Positions 22,240-34,729 of a DNA stretch of 39,846 nucleotides are shown piece by piece. Position numbers and translations under genes: made by a program. The DNA is from Octopus bimaculoides (taxonomy: Eukaryota), in the NCBI RefSeq assembly GCF_001194135.2, contig NC_068997.1, positions 51,541,119 to 51,580,964 of the forward strand, read 5' to 3'. The first letter of the stretch is position 1; each line of letters opens with the position of its first letter. The notes under the pieces are model-generated. The model had not been told where the DNA came from. It ran no database searches and saw only the letters and a program-made list of their open reading frames with translations.

Positions 22240-23390
22240 TGTATAGGTTGGTGACACTTGAATGCTGTTGGAAGGTGTAGGTTCGTAGCACCTATAGCTT
22301 AATGCACTCGCGTAATGGTGGCACATATAGCTTAGTGGCACACGTAAGTCGATTGCGTGTTGGTGGCACATTTTGCATTGTGGCACATTGTGGAACGTAG
22401 GTTAGTAGCACGTGTAGTTTGGTGGCGTTTGAATTTGGGTGGCACATGCAGTTCGCTGGCACGTGCATGGTTGTCACTGTCAGTTGGTGATACTTGAATA
22501 ATGGTGGTGCAGGTTGCTCTGCGGCACATCTAGGATGCCAGGACCTGTTGATTAGTGACATTTGAGTTGTAGCGGCACTTGAACGTGTAAAGTGGTGCGT
22601 GCCACTGTAGATCGGTGGCATTCGAATTTTGTTGCCCCATGCAACAAGGAGACACATGAAAGTTGGTAGCACCTGTTGGTTGCATGATCTTGATTGCTGG
22701 TAGCACATGTAGGCAATCATCACCTGTAATTTAGTAGCGCATGTAGGAAAGCGGTATTTGAAGTGGTGACATTTGTAGGTCCATAGGGGATTACCTAATA
22801 CATATGTCTTAATAGCACCCTTTAACCATTCATCAGCGGTACTTTATTGCTCACAAGGGGCTAAACGTAGAGAGGACAAACAAGGACAGACAAAGGGATT
22901 AAGTCGATTACATCGACCCCAGTACGTAACTGGTACTTAATTTATCTACCCCGAAAGGATGAAAGGCAAAGTCGACCTCGGCGGGATTTGAACTCAGAAC
23001 GTAAGACAGACGAAATACGGATAAGCAGTTCGCCCGGCGCGCTAACGTTTCTGCCAGCTCGCCGCCTTATTGGCACCAGCAATTCTGTGTTGGTAGTACA
23101 CATAATGCAGTTATAGATGTATCATAGTGACACCTGTAGATCAGTGACATCTCTAGGTAGGTGGAACTCGTAGATTTGTGATACATGTAGAATTGTAGCA
23201 CCTGCAGCATGACTGCACTTGTAGATGTGCGTGTGTGTATTTGTGTGGCACGCCTAGCTTGGAGGCACGTGTAACTGCCTGATATCTGTAGGCCGGTGCG
23301 AAGGTTCTCACTGTGTGTATCCCTGTGTTCTACAATAGGGCCGTAAGAAATAGTAGTCAAATCTTCCTTACACAATGTGCTAACATTTTA
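22240..23390. repeat. Degenerate minisatellite (about 17-18 bp, GTGGCACATGTAG-like core) split by a SINE
   Basis: gtggcac/gtagcac/gtgacac motifs recur over 22250-22790 and resume at 23070-23390. Confidence 0.7.
22842..23069 (-). mobile_element. SINE family A, full length
   Basis: Reverse complement of 6740-6972. Confidence 0.93.
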
Positions 23391-23519
23391 ATTAAAGAGA
23401 AATACATTGAACAACATGGTTTTTTTCGTAATTGTTAAGGCTGGCTGTTCCATGGCTGGAACATTTATGACCACAGGTTCGCTTGACTGGGGACGCGCAC
23501 TTATAACAAGTATAAATAT

Positions 23520-23680
23520 AAAAACAACAACAGCAAAAGGACGAGGGCGATGACGACGACAACAACATCAGCAGCGACAACAACAACAATAGTAGCAAGA
23601 ACAACACTAATAGAAGCAACAACAACAACAACAACAATAGGATTAGAAATAACAACGTGAACAACAACTATAATAGTAAT
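23520..23680. repeat. Degenerate (AAC)n trinucleotide tract
   Basis: Visible AAC/GAC/AGC units. Confidence 0.85.
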
Positions 23681-23687
23681 AATGCTG

Positions 23688-23779
23688 TCTACTATAGGCA
23701 CAAAGCCTGACATATTGAGGGAGGGAGACTAGTCAATTACAACGATCCCAGTGCTAAACTGGTACTTATTTCATCGACC
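23688..23779 (-). mobile_element. SINE family A variant, 3' half only
   Basis: Reverse complement of the tail type seen at 15150-15250. Confidence 0.75.
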
Positions 23780-23780
23780 T

Positions 23781-23876
23781 GTGGAGTGCTCAGCCACTTG
23801 CACGTTAATTTCACGAGCAGGCTGTTCCGTTGATCGGATCAACTGGAACCCTCGTCGTCGTAACCGACGGAGTGAC
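23781..23876 (+). mobile_element. Short interspersed element C (copy 2)
   Basis: gtggagtgctcagccacttgcacgttaatttcacgagcaggctgttccgttgatcggatcaactggaaccctcgtcgtcgtaaccgacggagtg. Confidence 0.88.
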
Positions 23877-23891
23877 ACACACACACACACA

Positions 23892-23955
<64 letters not shown>

Positions 23956-25189
23956 AATATGTTGGTGCAATCAGGAAAAATAGAACTCAAAATATGAGTA
24001 TATGTATATTTTCATTAATATCTAACAAAAGTAACAGAGTGACTCAAGATCCAAGAGTTTCGTGCGTCAACTCTTCAAGTGCAAACGTGCGAAACTCTCG
24101 GACGAAAACACCAAACAAATAAAACGCCAATCAATTACCCAGCTTAATAATGTATTCTAATTTAAGTTTATAAAGGCGGGGATAAAGATCGATTACATTG
24201 ACATCAGTATTTGACTGGTACTTTATTTTATCGAACCTGGAGAGACAAAATACAAAGCTGACTTCTTTAAGAATAAAATTTCAAAATGGAGATGCATCTG
24301 TATAATTCACTCTAATAAGTAAAAATAAGCCAGAAAAGAGAGATAAGAGATGGAAAAAGAAAGTAAAAAGGAAGAGGAGAGAAACGTAGATAAAGAAGAA
24401 AAGAAAAGTAGGATAAGATAGGATGGAGAAAATAGAGAAGATACAAGTTGCAGATATGGTAAGGAGATAATTTATAAACGGCAAAATGTGTAAGATGCAA
24501 TCACCGAGAAATACTAAGATAGGAACTGAAAATAAGGATTGTGGACGAGAGTGAAGTAAAAACCGAAACGAAATATAAGGAACCCCAAGCATGAAAAAGA
24601 AATAATAAAAAAAACTGGAGTAAAAAAAAGAGGAAGAGGAAATGTCGACAAATAAGAATGTAAATGAGAAGAGGAATTAAGGTAAAGTAAGAAAGTAAAT
24701 TTCAAAACAGATGAGACAGAGAAACAAAATTTAAGAAGATTTTTAAGAAAAAGTTGTATAAATTAGATGAGAAAGAATTGGAAGAGGAATATATGTAGTA
24801 CAAAAAAGGGGAAGGGTTTGAAAAAGAAAAAATGTGAAAGATAGAGGGGGGGGGGGNNNNNNNNNNNNNNNNNNNNNNNNNNNNNNNNNNNNNNNNNNNN
24901 NNNNNNNNNNNNNNNNNNNNNNNNNNNNNNNNNNNNNNNNNNNNNNNNNNNNNNNNNNNNNNNNNNNNNNNNNNNNNNNNNNNNNNNNNNNNNNNNNNNN
25001 NNNNNNNNNNNNNNNNNNNNNNNNNNNNNNNNNNNNNNNNNNNNNNNNNNAAGAAATAGAAGATGGAAAGATATAAGTCAGGAGGGATGTAAGCAGAACA
25101 TTGAGAAAAGAGAAGAGTGTGTAGTGTAGAAATAAAGATAAAAATTCAAAATGCTAAATCGAGGAGGGAATTTTAGAGTATAATGAACG

Positions 25190-25251
<62 letters not shown>

Positions 25252-25279
25252 CATACATTCATAATGCATATTTGTACAT

Positions 25280-25332
<53 letters not shown>

Positions 25333-25337
25333 CGTGT

Positions 25338-25382
<45 letters not shown>

Positions 25383-25761
25383 TGTGTATGTCGTCTTGTG
25401 AACATCCTAGTAGAAAGGCAAAAGGAAATCAAGAAAGAGAAAGGGAAAAGAGGAATGACAGAAAGAACGAGATATCGAAAGTGAAAGTAGAGTTCAATGT
25501 GGCTGACATTGTTTTTACGTTACTGTCATTCTCTCTGTTTAGAAAACAACAGGAAATGAAAACACATTAGCTTATACAGTAATGCTAGCTTTGAAAGCAA
25601 TTATATGATATTCAGCGGAAGTCAGTTCGCCAAACAAGGATTACTAATGAGTGCACACATACATTTCAGTCAAACCTCTTCGTGTTTCGCTGATGCTCTT
25701 AGGACGAGAGAACCTCCATTTTTTCGCCTTCTTTTCTTTGTGCTATATTTTACATTCATAG

Positions 25762-25777
25762 ACGTATTTCAGATCAA
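25762..25777 (+). CDS. Candidate 16-nt micro-exon
   Basis: Long pyrimidine tract ending cattcatAG, then acgtatttcagatcaa, then GTGAGT. Confidence 0.3.
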
Positions 25778-26237
25778 GTGAGTTATCCATAATTCTTTAA
25801 TGAGCTAATAATAAGGAATTCTATTGCACTTTCTTATTCGCTTCCAATGATTCTCTCACTTGCCAAGAATATATATTTGTGCATGTGCGTTTGTCTGCGT
25901 ACATGTATAAATGCACACGCACACACAGACACGTACATATATATATATTCATAACTATGTGTGTGTGCGTGTGAATGATAGTTTATAAGCTGTGCAAAGG
26001 CCAGGTTTTATGACTGTGTGTATGCATCTATCTGTCTGTCTGTCTGTCTGTATGGACAATATCGAAGTGTATAAGAAAGTGCATATGAAAATCTCTATCT
26101 TTCTCTTTCTCTGTGTGTGTGTGTATGTATGTCTCTTTCTCTGTGTATGTGTGTATGTATACTGATACACATCCACACACACAACAGACACACGCATTTA
26201 TGCACAGAGATTTACATACTTACTTGCGTATATTTTT

Positions 26238-26331
26238 TGGCTGTGTGGTAAGAAGCTCGCTTCCCAATCACATGGATCTGGGTTCAGTCTCACTGCATGG
26301 CACCTTGGGTAAGTGTTTTCTACTATAGCCT
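26238..26331 (+). mobile_element. SINE family B head, 3'-truncated
   Basis: ggctgtgtggtaagaagc..gggttcagtctcactgcatggcaccttgggtaagtg..ctactatagcct. Confidence 0.88.
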
Positions 26332-26409
26332 GCATGATAATTTCACGAGAAGGTTGTTTCGTTGATCGGATCAACTGGAACCTTCGTTGTCGTAACCAAC
26401 GGAGTGCCA

Positions 26410-26410
<1 letters not shown>
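26332..26410 (+). mobile_element. Short interspersed element C (copy 3), joined to the family B head
   Basis: taatttcacgagaaggttgtttcgttgatcggatcaactggaacc..cggagtgccac. Confidence 0.85.
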
Positions 26411-26452
<42 letters not shown>

Positions 26453-26517
26453 TACTAATAATAGAATATAGATAAAAAACGTTTTAAAAATATCTCAAAT
26501 ATAGTATAGTAATAGGC

Positions 26518-26560
<43 letters not shown>

Positions 26561-26983
26561 ATCCATCCATTAATATGCACATACGTAGGTGATTAGATTC
26601 TGAAGTGCATACATATATACATACATACATGTATGCCTAAATGAATGTATAGATTGGCTTCTATTAACGGAAATTTAAAATTAAAAACAAAAATATAAAC
26701 AATGCATATATAAATACACACAGGGACGTAAAATGTTTATATAGATAATTACAAAAACTCACATTAAAATAAAATCAATCCGTCAACATCAATAACATAT
26801 CATTATAAGAGGAATAAATTAGCAATAAAACAAGAATTCTGTAGCGAATCCATCTCCAAGACAATTGTAAATATATTGTTATGTAATGTTGGATTGAGGA
26901 ATATTCTAATAATATGAAGCTATAAAGAATATTTTATTTTAAAGAATAACCCAGAGGGGCATTTAACTGTTTGTTCACAATAG

Positions 26984-27028
26984 AGTCACTGGAGAATTAT
27001 ATAAAGATGATATATTTATTTGGTCTAT
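26984..27028 (+). CDS. Candidate 45-nt symmetric exon
   Basis: Acceptor ctgtttgttcacaatAG, donor GTAAGG. Open as VTGELYKDDIFIWS (phase 2) or SLENYIKMIYLFGL (phase 1). Confidence 0.33.
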
Positions 27029-27960
27029 GTAAGGTGTGGAAGCATCACTTATGTACAAAGATATATGCACACGCTATACAGACACGAACACACACACAGA
27101 GGCCGAAGCATACACTTATATGTGATTATTATTACATGTCAGTATTTACATCAAAACCAAACAGAAGTGCTCAATATCCATCTGTATGAAATTCGTAAAC
27201 TCTTTTAAAACTGGATAGTTGTAAAAAGAATCATTCTCTAATACCTAAATGTTTCGTGCAATCAATTTTAAGCACTCATCATCGAGGTAAAAAGTTTTTA
27301 GTATAAACCCAGTGTCTGAAACTTGTGAAAGGCGGGGATTAGCTGATACTTTCAACCCCTATAATCTATGAGATCGATCCTGAAAATATGAAAGCCAAAA
27401 CTGACTGCAGCTGAATGTCAACGCAACAATTAAAATAACGGAAATAATATATATACATATGCATACACATACATATATAAATACATACATATATGTGTGT
27501 GTGTGGACGCTAGATAGATGGAAGTTCATATAACAGAGAAATCTAGATATACATGGATGTATAGAAATCGTGATATACAAACTGTTAAAGACCACTCTAC
27601 ACCCTACAGCCACGCATACACAAACATACTCATCTTAACAGACACACGCGAACACAGCGACAGACATAGAAGAATAGAGAAAAAGACAATTCTATAAAAT
27701 ATGTAATATATAAATATATATATATATGTATGTGTCTGTGTATAAATATATGTATGTTTGTATGTATGTATGTATGTGTGTGTGTATGTATGTAAGAAGA
27801 AATGGCGTTATCTTTGTATTTGCCATCTGTCTGACTCATCCTAAACTTTGTCATATGTCTCATTATTTCTGTTGTATTTTTTCTTTGTAATCTGATTGTC
27901 TGACTGTCTTCCTGCCTCTGTGTGTCTGTATTTCTATAGAAGCATATACAAAAATATATA

Positions 27961-28113
27961 GGCGTGGCTGTGTGGTAAAAAGTTTGTCTCTCAACCACAC
28001 GGCTCCGAGTTCAGTCCCACTGCGTGAAACTTTGGACAAGTGTTGTCAACTATAGCCGCGGGCCGATTAAATCTTTGTGAATTCATTTAGTAGACAGAAA
28101 TTGAAAGAATCCC

Positions 28114-28154
<41 letters not shown>

Positions 28155-28352
28155 CTATGTGCGTGCTTTAGTGTCTGCATTTTTCTGTACAACTACTGGA
28201 CAACCGGTGTAGGTTTGTTTCCGTGCTCGTAAATAAGGGGTTAGACAAAAGAGAACGATAAAATAAATACTAAGCTTATAAACAAAGAAGTGATAGGTTC
28301 GGTTTGTTTAACTAAAAAGTCTTCATGATGGCGCTCCAGCATTGCCGCAGCG
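27961..28352 (+). mobile_element. SINE family B, diverged full-length copy
   Basis: ggcgtggctgtgtggtaaaaag..gagttcagtcccactgcgtg..internal (TA)n..ggcgctccagcattgccgcag. Confidence 0.82.
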
Positions 28353-28354
28353 TA

Positions 28355-28401
<47 letters not shown>

Positions 28402-28987
28402 GAGAGATTAATGTATATGTATTTCTATCTGTGTACGTCTGTCTCTCTCCATGTAGATATACATGTATATATATATGTATATATATATGTATATATATAT
28501 GTATATATATATGTATATATGTGTGCGGTGGTGCGTGAATGTTTGCGTTTGTGCATTAGAAATTGGTATATCTACACACACCCATATAGGAACTATCTCT
28601 AACGGTTGTACTCAATACAGATGACATAAACGAATATAGAGTCTTGATATATCTCTAAGTTCATACTACAACTGATTGGAGGAATGTTTTATTATAAAAC
28701 TATAAACCCAGCGGTGCATTTAGATGTGTATATGCATGTATTATGTAAGTATGCATATATGCATACATATATACGTGTCTATCTGTGTTTGTACGTATAT
28801 AGGAATGCATTTACAACTCTATGTAAACTTAAATTCACAAACGAAAATTAGTGTGAAATTGGTCTTTCATAGTTAGTAACTTACTTTTTTTATGACAGTA
28901 AAAATTACTCGAAAAGTATTCCTTTGACATAGAATTAGCATCAGAAGCCTGAGAATAATATTCTGTCTCTATCACTCTTTCAAACAG

Positions 28988-29087
28988 AAATCTCTTTTGA
29001 AGATACCGCATTTTCTTTCGCTTTTTTTTCTTCATTCTTCCTATGTTTTAATATTACACCATTAATTGCCAAAACAAAATCAAGTCA
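28988..29087 (+). CDS. Candidate exon (100 nt)
   Basis: Acceptor tctctatcactctttcaaacAG, donor GTAAGT. Open as ISFEDTAFSFAFFSSFFLCFNITPLIAKTKSS (phase 1 to 2). Confidence 0.28.
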
Positions 29088-29730
29088 GTAAGTGCACATC
29101 GCTGCACAATTTTTCTCCCTTCATAACAGAAAAAAACTCCAAGACTTATTTATTCTTGTAAACTTAACGTCTGCTTCTAAAGATTATCATTATTTTTATT
29201 CTTTTTATAACCAACCATTTATTTGGCTTCTCACGTTTAATGTAAATCTTGTCACAATTCCGTCAAACATAGAAGCTTCACAAGTACGTCGCGTCTCGTG
29301 GAGAATATTTTACAGCTGTTCATGATTGGTAATAGTAGTTTCATTTTATGAGGTGTAGCACCAGTTGTCTCGGGGAAGGACTTATGGGAATAATTCGCAC
29401 CAGATATAATTCTGATGACTATTTTAATCGGGTTGACTAGGATACATAACTTAGGCTTTGTTCTTTAATGACTCAGTCCATGTCTAGCTTGATAGCACTA
29501 TCTGGAGGGGTCTTTTAAGTTATGTTCTAGGACATTATAACCTGAGTAAAAAAAGATCTTTACTTCAAAATAGATAAGAGTTGGCGTCTAGAAGAATCTC
29601 TGGTCATAAGAAAAGTAGACTCAACAAATTCCATCTGGGCTTTGCAATCCTAAATACCTCGTCTTCATCTACGTTAACTCAGAAAAACTGATGTTAAACG
29701 AGCAAAGAAATATCTATCTATCTATATCTT

Positions 29731-29961
29731 ATTTCTTTATTCCCCACAAGGGGCTAAGCATAGAGGGGACAAACAAGGACAGATAAAGGAATTAAGTCGA
29801 TTACATCGACCCCAGTGCGTAACTGGTACTTAATTTATCGACCCCGAAAGGATGAAAGGCAAAGTCGACCTCGGCGGAATTTGAACTCAGAACGTAACGG
29901 CAGATGAAATACCGCTAAGCATTTCTCCCAGCGTGCTAACGATTCTGCCAGCTCGTCGCTT
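29731..29961 (-). mobile_element. SINE family A, full length, close to consensus
   Basis: Reverse complement of 6740-6972; flanked by (TCTA)n. Confidence 0.93.
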
Positions 29962-30004
<43 letters not shown>

Positions 30005-30039
30005 CCTACTTAATTAATTACCTGCCTATCTATCTATTT

Positions 30040-30430
30040 ATGTACCAGTGTCAGTGGTTTGTCTGGTATTTCTTTGAGGAATTTCTCCAGGTACAGTTTG
30101 AATGTTATAGGTTTTTCCTCTTTCCTTGATTTCGCTCGGGATAATATTGAATAGACCAGAACCAGGCGAGGTAAGAAAAGTTGTGACTCGATGTTGTTAT
30201 GTGATGTGAGCTAGAATTTTTTAGAGGGCGTTGAGCCCTATATCTATGCACTAACTGATCTGTAAGTTTGTTTCCGGCGTGATTTGGACAGTATCGATCG
30301 GATATTTTCTACATTGTAGAAATAATGTAACGCTTCTTGCCAGCGTTGGAGAAAATATGTCTAACTTTTTGAGGCGATGCCAGTAGTTGAGTTGGATCAA
30401 GCCGTCTATAAATGAAATTATTGTCATAAA
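30040..30430 (-). mobile_element. CR1/L2-group LINE 3' fragment
   Basis: Minus frames read LNYWHRLKKLDIFS..SGLFNIIPSEIKE..RIPDKP, resembling the post-RT C-terminus of CR1/L2-group LINEs. Frameshifts and stops. Confidence 0.65.
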
Positions 30431-30764
30431 AAACCACAGACGGTGATAAAGATATTTTAATCGAAAATTATTCTTTTAATGTGATCCTTCTCTTTTGACA
30501 AAACTGTTCTTAGGTCAGTTTTAAAGAAAGTATAAACCATAATGACGTAGCGAGCATAGAAATGAAAGATATCAACTTTCTAGATCGTGAAGAGATGGTA
30601 TGGTTTCAATTGCAGCAAATCACTGTTTTTCTTCAGTTGACAATAGGAAAACGCTTGGTAAATTTTCATTTGGTGACGACTAGTTGCAACGTGAACGATG
30701 GGAAACAAAGTGTTTTTGTACAAATATATATACATGCACACTTAGACAGACAGACAGACAGACA

Positions 30765-30798
<34 letters not shown>

Positions 30799-31536
30799 TA
30801 CGTGCGTACATATATACATGTATACGTGTGTGAAAAAGATTTTCTCAAATTAAAAATGATTGATTACATAATGTTCTCTTTTAAAACAGATTAACACAAA
30901 TACGATACAAGAAATATTTTCGTGGAAGTGCCTTTCGCTCTTTTCAGCTTTTCAAACGCACTTGTTGTAAGGTAATCAACACATACACTAGCGCGCGCAC
31001 ACAACCACATACATATACACATGATCACACACATTTATTTAAGATGGCAGATATTTGGTGTCTTCGTATGTATATGATAATATCTGATACTGTACTTGAA
31101 CTTATAGTAAATAGATTCGTGAGACAAGTTATACAATACAAATCGCTGTTGCTAGAGCGAACCGGTCGACTGTGTCACTCTCATTGACTTAGAAGCTTCC
31201 TGGTTTACCATAGTGCTTTAGTCAAATAAGCCAATTATCTGGTTATATAAAATCTCATGCTAAATCTGTTGAAAAGAATGATGAACGCGATAAAATGTCG
31301 ACTCCAATGACACTTCTACCAATACAGACAGCGCTCAGTATTATCTGGCTAATTCGAAGTTGAGTGTCTTCATTATCGATTTAATATTCTGTCTGGAGTG
31401 TGATTGTTTAGGGTCACGAGTGCAGATTCGTGATTTCTGAGGTCATCACAGCAATCAATGTAATCGATTATAGACTTACTAACTTTAGGGATGTTTTATT
31501 GTCTCGACATTAATTTGCACGTGTTTATATATACAG

Positions 31537-31537
<1 letters not shown>

Positions 31538-31583
<46 letters not shown>

Positions 31584-31979
31584 AGGGAGAGAGAGAGGGG
31601 GGAGGGAGAGAGAGAGGGAGAGAGAGAGATTAGATAGATACATAAATAAATAGATAGATAGTTAGATGGAGACAGACAGATAGATAAATTGATAAATAGA
31701 CAGAGAGATAAACAGACAGACAGATAAATAGACAGACAGACAGACAGATAGACAGATAGGTAGATAGATAGATAGACAGACAGACAGATAGATAGACAGA
31801 TAGACAGACAGATAGATAGATAAATAGACAGACAGATAGACAGATAAGTAGTCAAATAGATAGATAGATAGACAGACAGACAGATAGATAGAGACAGGCA
31901 GATAGACAGACAGACAGATAGATAGAGACAGGCAGATAGACAGACAGACAGATAGATAGAGACAGGCAGATAGACAGAC

Positions 31980-32060
<81 letters not shown>
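31538..32060. repeat. Compound (AG)n / (GATA)n / (GACA)n microsatellite with three tandem ~34-bp units
   Basis: Visible directly. The unit gatagatagagacaggcagatagacagacagaca repeats three times near 31885-31985. Confidence 0.95.
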
Positions 32061-32061
<1 letters not shown>

Positions 32062-32317
32062 GATCATCTAGTCATCCTGAACTTTGATGACCTGTATGGT
32101 AACTTAGTTTAAAGTGAAGAATAATATACACTCAACTTAACTCTCTCGTCCGTGACCATCTTCAATCCAGTGACAGAACCAGATCAAATTTACCGGGAAT
32201 GGAGACGGATGCAGCAGTGCATGACCAAGATGTCTTACTCGCCGCATCTTGCGCTCTGCATTCTACAATGAGTTGCTGCAAACGTCTTCTCCACCGTTGC
32301 ACTTTTTTTTATATACA

Positions 32318-32718
32318 TTTGTTTCAGTCAAAGAACTGTGGCCAGGCTGGGACACTGCCTTGAAACATTTTGTCAATCCAGTTGTCCCGGTAACTTTACT
32401 TTTTGAAGCCAGGTACGAACTCTATCGGTTTCTTTGACCGAACTACAAAGATGCTGGGAGGTAAACAAGCCAACACCGATGGTGAATCGCTGGGAGAACC
32501 TATACAGAGAAACTCCTCCACACGCACATAGACACAGATAGACCCCCACCTAGTATATGTCGAGCTTTCGCACAGTTTCCGTTCAGTAAATTAACTCACG
32601 AGTTATTTGATATAACCGGGGACAATAAAAGAAGACTTTGGCCAAAGGTACCTCGTAGTGGGACTGAACCTAAAACTACGTGGTTATAAAGTGAACTTCT
32701 TAACTGCCCAGCTATGCC
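32318..32718 (-). mobile_element. SINE family B, old diverged copy
   Basis: tttgtttcagtc..gccaggctggg..ccaaaggtacctcgtagtgggactgaacc..ttcttaac; collinear with 7519-7845. Confidence 0.72.
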
Positions 32719-32818
32719 TATGCCCAAATCTCAGAATCCTACTTCGTTTTCTGTTGATTTCCTGTTTTTTTTGGTTTTTCTTTATCTTTCCTTAAAGCTG
32801 TGTATACAACCATTAGTA

Positions 32819-33201
32819 CAGTGATACCTCGCAGTACGAGTTCAATTCGTTCCATGACTGAGCCCGTCTTACGATTTACTCGTTTTAGAAATCAATTTTC
32901 CCCATTGAAATTAACTAAAATATAATTAATCCGTTCCAGCCCCACAAAACCACTCAAAAATAATTTTTTTATGGGTTTTAAATCAGAAAAGATGTAGTTA
33001 CAAGTAAAATGACAATTATAAAAATGAGAATGTAAAATAAACTTGTAAATTGGTTTTATTAAAAGAATTATCTTAAAGATGGGACGATTTGTGTTCTCGT
33101 ACTGCGGATTTCCGCTCGTACTTCAAGACAAATTCGAATGCGTCTCGGCTCGTACAGCAAATTACTCGTACATGAGGCACTCATACCGTGAGGTTCTCGT
33201 G
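32819..33201. mobile_element. Non-autonomous pogo/Tigger-like DNA transposon (MITE)
   Basis: Left end TA|CAGTGATACCTCGCAGTACGAGT; right end ACTCATACCGTGAGGTTCTCGTG|TA. The TIRs are imperfect and TA flanks both sides. Internal CTCGTA motifs; no ORF. Confidence 0.65.
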
Positions 33202-33532
33202 TATTTTATTTGATTTCAGGAAGTTCTTGCTCGTTTCACGCGATATGGACCAACAAGTTAGAATACAATTCAGATTTCTTCCTGTTTCTGCTATTTTGGA
33301 CATGTTGTGAAGGAAATATGCACAGTATTTCTTCCACATGTTGAAAAGGAAACTCAAATGAAAGCGAGAAAGAAAATTTACGGTTTTATCTTTATATGTC
33401 TTAGATACTATTTTCTATTAACATCCAACAAGTAAACATGTTCTTAACAGCGCAAAAGCATAAGTATCTTTTAGCCGTCACTCGCAAGCGAGTAAGGGCT
33501 GTTAGCCTCTTATCACTCTTTCATTGTTTTAG

Positions 33533-33610
33533 GTACTCGTGTAGTCAGAAGTTGTTTAGACACACTCTTTTAATTACGGACCTAGTGAAGTATTATGGAT
33601 GTGGCAGCTG
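33533..33610 (+). CDS. Candidate 78-nt symmetric exon
   Basis: Acceptor cttatcactctttcattgttttAG, donor GTGAGT. Only phase 2 is open: YSCSQKLFRHTLLITDLVKYYGCGS. Confidence 0.45.
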
Positions 33611-33719
33611 GTGAGTGATGTGGGTTGCAGAGCGCGGCACACGCGATGGCATGAATTTGTACGCTGGGGTGAGGAATAGAGAGCAGCACTCACTAGCATG
33701 CATTTTTTTTACAGATTAC

Positions 33720-33833
33720 ACTGGACAAACGTAAAATTATGTCTTGCGTAAGAACACAACGTGCCGCCCAGTTGCGGAATCGAACCCCTGACTTTATGAT
33801 CGAGAGCCCAACACTCGAACTACTACGCCACGC
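33720..33833 (-). mobile_element. tRNA-derived SINE head (different subfamily)
   Basis: Minus strand cgcgtggcgtagtagttcgagtgttgggctctcgatc..GGGGTTCGATTCC, a canonical B-box. Confidence 0.7.
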
Positions 33834-34729
33834 GATTTCATATGAAAATATATTAGCTCAAAGAAAGCAATCACACTCTCTAATGGAACATACTGGTTGA
33901 AGGTTTTGAAACTTTAAAAGCTTACATAATTTAGTAATATTTTTCTTTAAGTCAAGAATGAGGAGGTGTGCACATAACACTTTGCAGGGACCTCAATTCT
34001 AGTGATAGAATCAGAGGGTGGAGGAACGAGGAAGATGTTCCTCAAGCCGGAACCCTAACACGAATACTTGTGACCGAGTGCGCCCCACTTAAGGCTCACA
34101 AAGTGTGAAATGGTGCTATTAAACCAGATGACCGATTAGGTCTACTCCGCACGTAGGCTATGGTAGGATTTGAACTCATAACTTATTGAACTGGAACAAT
34201 TAACTAACACCTCAAAGTAACTTGCCGAACGCTCAAACCATTCGCTGCCCAAAACAGGTACTTTATTTATCGATCACAGGAGGAGTAAAAGCAAAGCTGA
34301 CCGTGTGTTCTTCGGAGTAGGAGTAATGGTAGAAGAGGTAGTAGTAGTAATAGGAGGAGGAAGAAGAGAAAGAGTGGAGGTGGAGGTAGAGGAGGAGGAA
34401 GAGGTGGAGGTAGAGAAGGAAGAAGAGGTGGAGGAGGACTAGTAGTTGTGTAGCCCTAGGTCTGTCCTGATCCAATACGCTTACCACTTATCTACACCAT
34501 TCCAGCCGTTGCTATAGAAATAGCAGTCAAATGCCTCTCATATCGTACCTCTTCTCTTAAAATAGAAAAGTAACATTGTTCTAAATCCTGTGGAGAAGAG
34601 GGGACGGTCACGGATGAGACTACTTGATTAAACATCTGCATTAAGACTTTCTTGGGGCTCACCAAGAGCAACAACCGGAACAACGATCGATGCTGACATC
34701 GATTGTAAAGGTATTTATTGGTCATGTGA

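Noticed and set aside
22240-23390. CRISPR-like repeat-spacer reading of the degenerate arrays
   Set aside because: Units are divergent and irregular, there are no cas genes, and the context is eukaryotic.
24290-24856. Long purine-rich strand-asymmetric tract (also 5620-5830)
   Set aside because: Decayed (GA/GAA) low-complexity DNA; its Phe/Leu/Ser-rich minus ORFs are compositional.
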